Below, piece after piece: positions 51,482 to 64,000 of a stretch of 64,000 nucleotides of DNA. The notes under the pieces were generated by a model. It was not told the origin of the DNA. It made no database searches and saw nothing but the letters and a program-made list of their open reading frames with translations. Both the position numbers and the translations under genes were made by a program. This DNA comes from Octopus sinensis (lineage: Eukaryota). Location of the stretch: NCBI RefSeq assembly GCF_006345805.1, contig NW_021832830.1:35982-99981 (forward strand). The letters run 5' to 3'. Each line of letters opens with the position of its first letter. Position 1 is the first letter of the stretch.

Positions 51482-54234
51482 ATAATAATAATAATAATAA
51501 TATTAAGCTACTTGTGGCTAGACTTATACTGAACACCACGTGTAACTATTGCGTGTTCAAGGAAAACAACTGAAATAAAGACCAGAAGAATAATTTCCAG
51601 AGCAAGATATGATAAACAATACAAATGAAACCGTTGTCATGTTCCCCCTGAATTAAGAGACGGTTGTGAATAGTAAAATTGATTTATGAAGTTTACTAAC
51701 AATAGATTCTGCAACATTGCTCTTAGTCAGCAGAATATAACGAACTAGTAAACAAAGAACATTTTGACAATTTTAATAAGGGGCCGGATGTTATTAAATT
51801 AGAAAATGCATCTGAGGCTGCCAAGAGAAATGCCTTGCCATTCTACATACATATATCACAGCTTCTCTTACTCCCAATGCAAGTACGCCGCGAGAAACAC
51901 TCTTAATATCGACTGAAAAATATTCCGATCGCAAATAATCATGGATTGCAAAATATATGCTAATTTAACTGGATATTATTTTATAAATAAAAACAAGAAA
52001 CCATGCATAAATATAGAAGTGATATTAAAGAAATCATAAATATATGATTCAAATAAAGCATAGAGCAAACAAAATCTTGAAAGCTAGAATGGAATTAAAA
52101 AATGACATTCAAATGTTCAAACCATGAATATGGGTAATAGAAACGCAGGAATATTGAGGTACCACAAAAAAAAGGACCCTGAAAGAATGAGACGAAATCC
52201 AAATTGGATATAATTCCAGAATATAGCAGCAGAAATATTGGCTTCAAATTTTGGCGCCAGGCGAGGAACTCTGCGAGGGAGCAAGTCAATTCCAATGATC
52301 CCAGCGCTTAACTGCAACGTATTTTATCGGTCTCGGTTTGATAAATGTAAAGTCGACCGAGGCATTCAATAAATGTTGGAAAGTGTTTGAAGGTAAATTT
52401 CCACCTATGACATTAGTCTAATGATATAAATTGTTTATAAAATAGATTTCGTGGAAGACTTCTCCGTCGCTTACTAAATAAGTGCTCCATTTATTTATCG
52501 TAGATATGTCGTGTCACATTTTTGTGTGCAATAACAAGTTTGGAACTGAAAACAATAACAACAAAAGCTGCATATTGCCTGAATAGGTAAAGCGTTGGAT
52601 AGCGTGCATTATAGAATTTCTTCTACATTATAGAGGTTCTTCCAAGTTCAAATTCCGCTGTGGTTATTCATGCATTTCCATTCACCCGAGATCAATAAAA
52701 ATATTACCCGGGCGAGGAAAACGTTCATGCGCCGTGTTAAATAAATGGAATGTATGAACACACATAGCACAAATGTATATAAAAATAGCTTATTTTAACA
52801 TGGCGCACGAACATTTTCCTAAACCTAATAACAATAGAAACCAGACCACATGGAGCTTCTAAAGGATCAAGGAAGAGGAACTGTCCTTTTTCTTTCTACC
52901 AGCCTGCAGTGTCATGATCTTATTGGCTACGACAACAAATAAGCCAACGTATATCGGATTACTACGGCTGGCTTACACTTGGTATCGTGCAGAAAGGATT
53001 GTTGCATACAAAGTTAACTGCTTATATTTCTAGAACAATCGTTCTAGACCTTTTCAAACATGTCTACACTTAGAGAAAACCTGGCTTATGTACACCCTGG
53101 AGATTCATACTTTAAAATATAAGTATATCGTCTGTGCTTTAACTATACATGGTCCAGACACATTGAAACACCTCCAGGAACCAACGATTTCTTGCAGTTG
53201 CTTTTCACTGTCATACTACGTGGTCGTCTCTCTTGATAACTTTAGCAGCCATCGCTCGGGGGGTGGGGCTCATTCCGGTGTTTAAAGAAAGTAACAACAT
53301 CTTGGATACACTGTGTGGAACAGTAAGCAAATATGCTTAAAGAATACAATATTTCGATGATATTTCTCCCAAATACAGATATACCTGAGATTAATCAACA
53401 AGAAAAATAAGAACAGCTATAACATTCGGGGTTTTAGCGAATACCACAAGCTTTTTACAGAAGACAGAGGATTCCATATCAGTATTGAGGACGATATATA
53501 TTCTATGCAATCTGAGAAATTAAGGCAAATCGTGCAGTATTACAAAAGATGTAAATACGAATATGTATTTTATTTTACCGAAATATAAATGTAAGAACAC
53601 TGATAAAAAATGACACAAAGATAAAGAAGCAAAGACAAAATGTCGGAACGGAAGAAGACATCGAAAATATATAAAGATATAGATAGAAGTATAACTTTTG
53701 TAAACTGAATTATCTTTAATCCACATCTTGAACGTCTTGTTACGAAAACAAGCATGAAGCTTCGTCCCATGGATAAAACATGATTCGGTGAAGGATTAAC
53801 GTTAACTTAAGTTCTTTGTAGTACCTATCTAAAGGAAAAGACAAAGCAAACACAACAAAAACCAGTAACACATAATAGAGATTTCGAATTTCAAACAACA
53901 AAAATATCCGAGTTGAACAGAGACAAAAAAAAAAATTTCTGTTTGTATGGGAATTCATTTTTTTTATCTCTTTTGGTATTTAATGCATCTTCATGCTTGC
54001 TGCCGTTTTGGTTCTTTCATTCTTGTTTTAGTTATGTCGTTTCTTCTGTTGCTTTGTTCACTTAAGATCTTTCGCTCTTCTGCTAGACTTTTCTTCCTTA
54101 TATATTATTATATATATATTATTATTAATATTATTATTATTATCTTTACTACTATTATTATTTTACGTAATATTGTTGTAATCTCTTTATCATGAAAACA
54201 ACAGAGAAAACCACGAATACACATGATTTCTTTC

Positions 54235-54248
54235 TATACACATATATA

Positions 54249-54316
<68 letters not shown>

Positions 54317-54564
54317 CTTATCTGTATTTTTATATTTAAATATACATTTATATCCTTGTATTTACTCAGATAAAGACGTATGCATTTACATGCATGTGTA
54401 TAAAAATAAATACAAATATGTATATATACTAGCTCGTATTTATGCATGCATATACATTGTGCATATATAATTATATCTATATCTATATATATATTTATAC
54501 ATATATGCATATATAAATATATATATATATATACATACATACATATAATAAATAATATATATAT

Positions 54565-54663
<99 letters not shown>

Positions 54664-55108
54664 CATACATATATATATGCATGTATATATATATATATGT
54701 ATATATGTGGTTAGGTAGATATTTCCGTATGTATGCTCAAACAGATTTTCTTTCTGCTAGTAAATATAAGTAGGCATTACGCAGCGATGAATTTTCTAGG
54801 ACATTCAAGCAAATACAAGAATAAAGATAATATTTGTTTCTCTATTTACTTAGTTTACTGATCAGTTTTTTCATGAATTTTCAAAATACTTAGGTGGCTC
54901 GTATATATATATATATATATGTATATATGTGTGTGTGTGAGTGTGTGTGTGTGTGTGTGTGTGCGTGTGTGTATTTATGTATATATACATACATTTATAC
55001 ACACATATTTATATATATATACACATATGCATATATGCATATACATACTAACTTATATAAATGAGTATGCACAAATGCATATAAACATATATACGTATAT
55101 TTATATAG

Positions 55109-55146
<38 letters not shown>

Positions 55147-55213
55147 CGTTATCTACATATATACTTATATATTTATGCATACATTACCCACAAATATTCA
55201 CATGTATACCTAC

Positions 55214-55267
<54 letters not shown>

Positions 55268-55420
55268 GTATATACTCACGAATGCAAATGTAAATGCATG
55301 TTGAAGTAGTATATACAAGATAACGTATTGTACGTATCAAACGCATGTCGATGAATAAACACACCTACACGTATATTCATATATATATATATATATATAT
55401 ATATTACACACATACATTCG
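54235..55420. repeat. (TA)n/(GA)n/(TG)n low-complexity blocks
   Basis: Direct inspection. Confidence 0.8.
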
Positions 55421-56639
55421 TATATCAGCTTTTATGCCATACATATTGGTATGCGTAACCATTTTAGCTTCGGCTTTGTTGATATATATATATTTCCCAT
55501 ATCACTTATTTGTTATCGAAAAGAAGAGTTGTTGAGGAATATATTTTTGCTGTGAAATTGTATTGCTTCAAACGGGTGCATATATGTAAAAAGATAAACC
55601 TCCTTATCCAATTTCATGGATTTGTTCGAATATTCCTCTTTGAATTACTGATATTATGCAGCAATTACTGCCTCAGATGTTCCCCGATTTAGTTGCCGAC
55701 TTCGCAGAGTTTTCAGTTCCCCTTATTTATTTATTTATTTGAATCGCCATACTGCAAAGTATGGTTAGTAGCGGTAACATTTTATAAGTTCAGTGAGAGT
55801 AGTTTTGAGAGGAAGGCTCCTCTGAATGGAAACGTATCTAGTATTCATGAAGTATAATGGGCCCTTCGGAATACAAATAAGAGACAAAATGTCGGCCCTA
55901 AAATCACAGTGTGCTTTAATGCGGTTAACACAAGCTGAATTCACATCCATTAGGCTATTGAACAAACGCATTCAATCCATCGACAAACTGGGCTTTTATT
56001 GCACTTCACTCTGTGTTAAATATTTACAGCATGTCCTCTTCTATTTTACGTATGTTATTTTGTAATATAATGGATAATTTACTGGTTTACTTTGCAGGGC
56101 GAGTGACTGAGTAAACGGCCTTTCTTGCTTGACGCGTACACCATTTTGTGTCTTTTCCGTCGCACGCAAAATAATTTTCGCAAAACGTATAAAAGCATCG
56201 CCAGCTAATGTCTAACATAATGTGGGATACATCGTGTCGAACATTGCATGTTTTAAATATTTAATGGTAATCTAGTCAAACCATACAAGTTTTCAGATAG
56301 CCAAGGGCAATTTGCTTAATGTAATTGAGGAATTACCCAGTAAATTCCGGCTGGAAATTACCTGGAAAATTGATTTGCACAGTTTGCGGATGAGATGAGA
56401 CTAAATAACTACAAATATCACATACGTATATAGAAAGACATATACGCCTACAAACTCGCATAAACACTCCAACCCTGCATACCATATACACCCACACAAA
56501 CACACAAATACACACACACACACACACAAATATATATACATGCCCATGCAAAAAAAAACGCATAATTCACACACACACAAGCACTCACATTTTCTCTCAC
56601 ACAATGATGCTGTAACGAAAATATAAAAAAAATCTGCTG

Positions 56640-57122
56640 ACTCCAAATTTTGGCACAACGCCAGCAAATTTCAGAGAGAGGTTAGTCGATTATATCGACT
56701 ACAGAGATAAGCTGGTATTTATTTTATTTTATCGATTCGAAAGGAGAAATAGCAAAGTTTAGCTCAGCGGAAATTGCAACTCAGAAAGTGAAAACGGACG
56801 AAATACTGCTGATCATTTTGTCCGGCGTGCTAATATTTCTACCTGTTCGCCACCCAACGCCACAGATTTATATAATCATACCTATGTCTGTCCTTGTTTG
56901 TCCCCTCTGTGTTTAGCCCCTTGTGGATAGTAAAGAAATAGGTATTTCGTCTGCTGCTATATTTTGAGTTCGAATTTCGCCGGGGTCGACTGTCTTTCAT
57001 CCTTACGGGGTCGATTAAATAAGTACCAGTTACGCACTGGGGTCAATGCAATCGACTTAATCCGTTTGTCTGTCCTTGTTTGTCCCCTCTGTGTGTAGCC
57101 CCTTGTGGGCAATAAACAAATA
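56640..57122. mobile_element. Family A-related SINEs: diverged - strand copy (56640-56855) and + strand tail plus tandem unit (56880-57122)
   Basis: aaagaaataGGTATTTCGTC junction at about 56940. Confidence 0.8.
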
Positions 57123-57709
57123 AATTAAGGTAAGGACAAAATCAATTCTGAAAGGAGATGTGGGCACTTCACCAAGCGGTTAGAAACAAGCCTCACTACT
57201 GGAGTTTGTGCAAGTCACAGCACAGCAAGCAATATCACTGCAGTGTACGCAGAACACACAACTGTTAGTAAACCACATCACTCCTCCAGGCAACGAAATT
57301 GCATACAACAGAGGCAACAGAAACGAGTGTGACCCAAGCCAGACATCAACAGCCAACCCAGGTCTTAGCACTACAGGTAAACCACTATAAAGCTAACCAT
57401 TAAACCACTTGATGCTTGAATATATTCATATAGAAACCATGATGCTACATTCAAGGGAGGCTTGAATATCTAAGAATAGTTCTCTTTCTTCAGACTAACC
57501 CTACGCTTAAAAGAATGCTTTCGGAGATCTTGTGAAGGCCTACCCCTATAATATTCTGATGGGAAAGAGCATTTAGGTACGAAATGGTTACTGGACTCGC
57601 TAACTAAAATTGTATTCTATTTAAAACACCAATCTTGACAAGCATTGTCCCCTATGGTACCACCACATCTATTGACAATCATATTATATCATGTTATATT
57701 ATATTATAT

Positions 57710-57740
<31 letters not shown>

Positions 57741-58580
57741 GATATATATAGATATATATATAATATAAATATATGTATGTATGTGTGTGTGTGTGTGTGT
57801 GTGCGTGTGTGTGTGTGTGTGTGTATTTGCTTGCCGTAAATCTAACGAAAAATTTGATCAATTTTGTTAATTGATTTTGACTTGTTGATATATAAATGAT
57901 AGTCAGTGATAAATATACGCAACATCTTCAACTAAAATAAGACGTGAAATTTTCAATTCTTTTGATTTGTGACATGGCACATTTAATCAGAATTTTGATA
58001 AAAGACGATGTTCTCTGGCTGAAGATTTCCAGAATCTTCAGTCACATGAAAGATGCTATCATTCAATAATTATTTGCGACCAGTTTACAATAACGATTCT
58101 CAATATCGATTGAAAATGTCACTCGCAATAAAAGTATTATTGAATCTGATCTTGATATTTATAGTGATGTCTTAAGATGATTTTCATAAATCTTGTATGA
58201 ATACTCTTTCCCAATAGAAACATTTCATGTTTGTTTTTGTTTCTTTTTCTCTTTACTTACGTCATATTGTAATCACATTGCTTTGCTTTATTTATTAATT
58301 GACAGATTATTGTGTAGCAGCTGAAGAGATTCTGCGGAACATTTTTTTTATGCAAATTTCCTTCAAATTAATATCTATACTGAAAACGATCAACTCGCTC
58401 GTCTGTTCGTCTTTGCTTTGAATGGTAACATACCATGCATACTGTTATGTACATGAATACTGATGAACATTCGAGTATGTGATTATCTTCACGTTTTTAG
58501 ATTTCAAACACTACAATATAATATTGATACATTTTATCACCTCGCCTTATCATGTAGTAATACGCTTATATATATAATTA

Positions 58581-59011
58581 GGTGTAGGTGTGGCTGTGTG
58601 GTAAGTAACTTGCTTACTAACCACATGGTTCCGGGTTCAGTCCCACTGCATGGCACCTTGGGCAAGTGTCTTCTACTTTAGCCACGGGCCGACCAAAGCC
58701 TAGTGGATTTGGTAGACGGAAACTGAAAGAAGGCTGTCGTATATATGTATATATATATATATGTGTGTGTGTGTGTATGTGTGTATGTGTGTGTGTGTGT
58801 ATGTTTCTGCGTCTGTGTTTGTGCCTCCTACATTGCTTGACAACCGATGATGGTGTGTTTACGTCCCCATAACTTAAGGGTTCGGCAAAAAGAGACCGAT
58901 AGAATAAGTACTAGGCTTACAAAGAATAAGTCCTGGGGTAGACTTGCTCGACTAAAGGTGGTGCTACAGCATGGCCACAGTGTAGTGACTGAAACAAGTA
59001 AAAGAGTAAAG
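58581..59011 (+). mobile_element. SINE family B, full length
   Basis: All modules present; internal microsatellite 58740-58805; tail runs into (TA)n. Confidence 0.9.
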
Positions 59012-59018
59012 TGTGTAC

Positions 59019-59049
<31 letters not shown>

Positions 59050-59065
59050 CATATATATAATATAC

Positions 59066-59207
<142 letters not shown>

Positions 59208-59360
59208 TTTGTTTTGCAGATATGTGAATGTACTTGACCGCAGTAAGATTTGAACAGAAAATGAAGAGTTCCATAACTCAAACGGCTAGAGAATTCCTGC
59301 GACATTCTAATTCTAGCGATTCTTGGAATACACAAACTCCAGGTTCTACACGATCCTCGC

Positions 59361-59877
59361 TGACTCACAGAGACGAGCTGAGAATTTTAATAATCTCGGG
59401 ATTATATTTGCGTGCGATGGAAGGCAGGAGTATTAATTGAGTCAACGGAATGGTAAGTTTGCTGGGAATGATACGGTATCGCACCGGCTCCAGCATTCGA
59501 TTCTGAGAAGAGAGGCCGGTAACAATGCCAGACTCACCATTTCGACTTGATGTTTCGTCCCTATAAAGATTGTTGATTAATGTCTGATGGAATACGATAA
59601 CAAATTCAAGTGGTCAAAACGTGGTTCCGCCAAAGCAGTTCCAGTGTAACGTGACTCCACAGAAGCTGAAGGCAGGTCGAAGGTCAAGGAGTCCCTCTCG
59701 TCAGAGCTGCAAATTCTCTCCTTTAGTATGTGACGGCTCCGGTACGAAGGGCGTGTAATTAGAATGTAGCAGGAAAGAATCGTAAGACGAATTCTTGAAG
59801 CTGAACCAACCAGCCGGAGACATCTGGGAACACCAAGAACGGGATGCTTGGGTAATATCTATTGACTCAATTAGTCA
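59361..59877. promoter_or_regulatory. Cluster of AP-1/bZIP consensus sites in a GC-richer island (candidate enhancer)
   Basis: TGACTCA 59361, TGAGTCA 59438, TGACTCA 59863, variant TTAGTCA 59871. Confidence 0.3.
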
Positions 59878-59989
59878 CCCCTGGGAATCCTGCAGGAGGT
59901 TCTTATGACGGCCCTTTCTGACTGCACCCTATAGAACAGAAATATTAAATTTCTAAATATCTCTTAGAGATATGTACGGTTGTGGGGCG

Positions 59990-60168
59990 ATAGAATGGTG
60001 GTATACTGTCAAATTAACGTGACAGTAGGGAATTAAACCACCGCTGTTTAGCCCTAGTCTAAAAAAAATGTGTCGAAGCATCAGGAAGCGTCGATGCTTC
60101 CTAGGACTAAACAGCGGTGGCGTAATCCCCTACTGTCACGTTAAATTGACAGTATACAACCATCCTAT
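59990..60168. mobile_element. MITE-like fold-back with 68-bp arms and nested hairpins
   Basis: 59990-60057 pairs with 60101-60168; possible TA TSD at 59991 and 60166. Confidence 0.7.
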
Positions 60169-61819
60169 GGAACAGGTGCCTGGGAACTCTAACCCCATGA
60201 TTATCACAGGGGTTTGGGGATGAGAAACATAGACGAATGAATGTAAGTATGGATGGATAGATGGATGGATGGATGGATGGATAAGACGGACAATGGTGTC
60301 TGTAATAAGCAATGTAGTGTAAATACAGATAGCAAAATAATATGTTAATATAAGTAATATCAAACGTGTATTTTCCTCAGAAGTTTATATCACGGCGGGA
60401 ACGTTCTGGATTAGAATACATCTTACGAAATATATAGACTGTTCCTGGGAAACATTTCGTGGCAATCATATTTCTTCAAATATTTTAGTAAAGATTCTTT
60501 GAAATATTGTAGTTTTTTTGCAGACAATCAGATATCAGAGATAACAGATTCAGAGTTAATTATTAATTTGAGCGTTGACGCAATATGTTAACTAGCACGT
60601 TCGCTTGCTGTGTTATGCTGAAGTAATATTTATACAAGTATCACGAAATATGCCAAACATATACATGGAATAACTTTGGAACAGTTTAAAATCAGTCTTT
60701 AATTCAGTGACACAAGTTACGAATTGTTAGTATTTACATGCAGACTGGAAGTAGTCACTGTTGAGAATCGGAACTCAGACATACATTATGGAGTACATGC
60801 ATGTCACACTTCGAAACACCGAATTTATGCCTTGGAAATCTCTACCATAATATGTCTATAAGTACGTTCACGTTTTATTCTATGCTAACTAGCTCCGCCT
60901 GTGAGACTTACCATTCCGGTTTACCTATAGTTACACCTTACTGTCCGATAAATGACACAAAATTCTTTGATGACTTCCAGTGATAGAAATTACGTCAAAT
61001 AAATCATGATTGACACGGCTTCGATCAGAACAAACGTCAAATTGAACAAGAGCGACAACCAACAAATCACAGGAGGGATCTATTTCCAGGACACACAAGG
61101 CGCTGGAAATAATAGCTGAATCTCAGTACTTTTGAAGCTCTTTTCGATTTTAATGAGGATGGACACAGTACAATATGGCGGAGGAAAACGTGCTGTAACT
61201 TACATGTAGAACACATTTGATAAGAGACTTGTTGTGGCTTCGTCGAGCTGGGAGTGGAAAATAATGTATATCATGAAATATGAGACACATACAAACACAC
61301 ACACAAGTACACATAAACACAATAGCAAATGCATGCATTAAAATACCCACATACACACGAGCACACAAATGCAAGCATATTAATACACCAACAATTATCT
61401 GTTACAACAATATATAATAAATTTCATACAACAACAACAACAACAACCACAACAACAATAATGATAATATCTGTTTATTATTATTTGATTTATCGAATTG
61501 GGAAGGATTGACAGGTTCGATACGAATTGGACAGGACTTAAAATCAGGTTGGAAAGAAGAAGGATAAATGCTACAGCGCATTTTGGCCGGTTCTGCAGCG
61601 ATTTGACTGATTAACCGACGAGTATCTTGTTCTGGAATGAACGAATATCAACGAGCAGACACACACACACACACATGCATACACGCACGGACAAAGATAC
61701 GAATGCACGTACAGAAGCACACACACACACACTGATACACAAACACACGCTCAAATACATAAGTCAGTGCACCAACATGAATCTAGCCCAATAACTGTAA
61801 ATAGATAACAAAAACAACA

Positions 61820-61869
61820 TCACACATATATATATATATGTGTGTGTGTGTACGCGTTATATCCTCTGC

Positions 61870-61902
<33 letters not shown>

Positions 61903-61904
61903 TA

Positions 61905-61949
<45 letters not shown>

Positions 61950-61988
61950 GTATGTATATATATATATACATATATACATACATATATG

Positions 61989-62041
<53 letters not shown>

Positions 62042-62098
62042 ATATATGTATATACATATATATATACATACATAATATATGTATATATATATATATAC

Positions 62099-62136
<38 letters not shown>

Positions 62137-62728
62137 TATGTATATATATATTATGTATGTATGTATATATGTATATACATATATATATACATACATATAT
62201 GTATATATATATACGTATATATACTATATATAATCTATGTGTGTTGTGTGTGTTATGTATGTATGTATGTATGTATATATATATATATATATATATATAC
62301 GTAAGCATGCGCATACACATTGATGCACATTAAATCACATGTATGCCGCTACACGAAGATTCGTATTTTCCTTATGTCACGTACCTTTACGTATTCATAC
62401 ACCGGTATATTCCTCACGTCACGATGAAACAATAAATCTCTTTATATGATAATATATTCATTCGTTTTCGATACTGAATGCGCATATATATTAAAGTGTC
62501 GTACCTTGTAAAGCTTCTATGAAGCAAATATGTGTAGAAAAGGCTTTTTTCTTATAATATACTCTGTAATATCAAAAAGCTTTGTATATCCCTTAATCGT
62601 GGCCTTCTGTATAAACTGTCGCAATGACAGATTGTATCATAATGGCAACATGTGTTAATAAGTATGGAAGCCCATCTTTGAAATATATGACATTTTCTAA
62701 TCCTTAAATTTACATCTGTGCCGGTTTA

Positions 62729-62810
<82 letters not shown>

Positions 62811-63171
62811 GCTACCTACCTACCTGTCTACGTGTCTGTCTGTCTCTTTCTCTCTCTCTCTCTATGTATCTATATATAATATATATCTTTATGTGTGCCT
62901 GTCCATCTGTTTGTCTGTCTGTCTGTCACTCCCTCTTTCTATCTATCTGTCTATCTCTCTGGGCGTCTGTCTGTCTGTCTATCTACCTAACTATCTATTT
63001 GTTTATTTATCTATATCTACCTCTATGTGTGCCTGTCTGTCTATCTATCTGTCTATCTATATATCTGCTTATCTATCTATCTATCTATCTTTCTATCTAT
63101 CTATCTATCTATTGCTATCTATCTATCTATCTATATATCTATACTATCTATCTATCTATCTGTTCTAGATA

Positions 63172-63204
<33 letters not shown>

Positions 63205-63205
63205 G
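61820..63205. repeat. (TA)n block 61820-62310 and (TATC)n block 62730-63205
   Basis: Direct inspection. Confidence 0.85.
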
Positions 63206-63214
63206 GTATTTATC

Positions 63215-63490
63215 TGAACATGTCATAATTTTGTAGTGACGGAGCAAGGCACTGATTAGATGCTTAGAAGCAGTCGAAACACAATCTGCACAAAATAAAC
63301 CGCAGAATAGTTGGTGAGGTTCGTTTTCCATGCGCTCGCAGATGAGATTTGAGGCCAGCAAAGAAGGTACAAACTCTGCACCAAAAAAGGTCATTGTCAT
63401 TCACCTTCTCGATCGTTACATTCTTCCTGAGATCTCTTTGGAGTCTTACTTGTATTATTCTGGCCCCTCTAAATGCTTTAACTCCACTCC
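63215..63490 (-). mobile_element. RTE-clade LINE C-terminal fragment with C2H2-type zinc finger
   Basis: WSGVKAFRGARIIQVRLQRDLRKNVTIEKVNDNDLFWCRVCTFFAGLKSHLRAH matches the W...V..G...FE..R...KR..RK...C...GL.SH.R.H end of RTE ORFs. Confidence 0.75.
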
Positions 63491-64000
63491 ACACATACAT
63501 ATATACATACAAACATACATACCTACATCCTAAAACTACAATCATAAAACAGCTCTAATTAAGTAAGTTATCAACAGTGTCGCTGGAGAGTACGTAGAAT
63601 CATCAGATATTAATTACTGAACTATTAATATTCTCATATACGAAGGTGCTATCACACTTAAAGAACTTTTAGATGAAATCTGAAACATAAATTCATGCAT
63701 ACATACATATAAGTTACATACATACATATATACGTACATATATAGGGTTTTCGGAGAAACAAAAAATTACCCTATTAATCCCATTAATGCATCTGTTAGC
63801 AGAAGGAATAAAAATATGTAAGATTTATATCAATTCTAAAATGTTTGTCTGTGATCTATATGTATAATAATAGAGCTCAGAATCTTTGTTAGAAACCAAT
63901 TCCTTCAGATAAGAATCAAAAATAAAAATAAAAACAGAAACACACACAATAGGCAGAAACACAGAAACACACCACAACACACACATACATACACACACAC

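Noticed and set aside
58581-58660. tRNA genes at SINE heads (also 15749, 46600-46680)
   Set aside because: Only A/B-box-like motifs are present, with no complete cloverleaf, and they run into SINE bodies.

Overview
AT-rich animal genomic DNA that is probably intronic or intergenic. The SINE repertoire and extreme (TA)n/(TATG)n/(TATC)n density suggest a cephalopod such as Octopus (inference). No host protein-coding exon can be called confidently, and nearly all ORF-track entries are translations of microsatellites. The window contains: two abundant tRNA-derived SINE families (A, often in head-to-tail arrays; B, with a built-in internal microsatellite) plus minor SINEs; decayed LINE fragments (CR1/L2-type RT, RTE zinc finger, two R4/Dong-type 3' ends in (TAA)n); DNA-transposon relics (mariner, Tigger-like, a non-autonomous Helitron, a nested-hairpin MITE); and an LTR-like promoter module with two hairpins. 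The most notable signal is a set of microsatellite-associated, Penelope-like repeat ends. Three carry minimal type I hammerhead-ribozyme folds, each with core mismatches (2877, 23893, 36997). Three unrelated fold-back structures (4778-7592, 28915-29276, 34031-34967) share one layout: (TA)n, a GGTAC-containing tail, an arm with a hammerhead-like TGA(T/A)GA stem-loop relic, then an inverted arm lacking the tail. All coordinates were read by eye and repeat boundaries are approximate.
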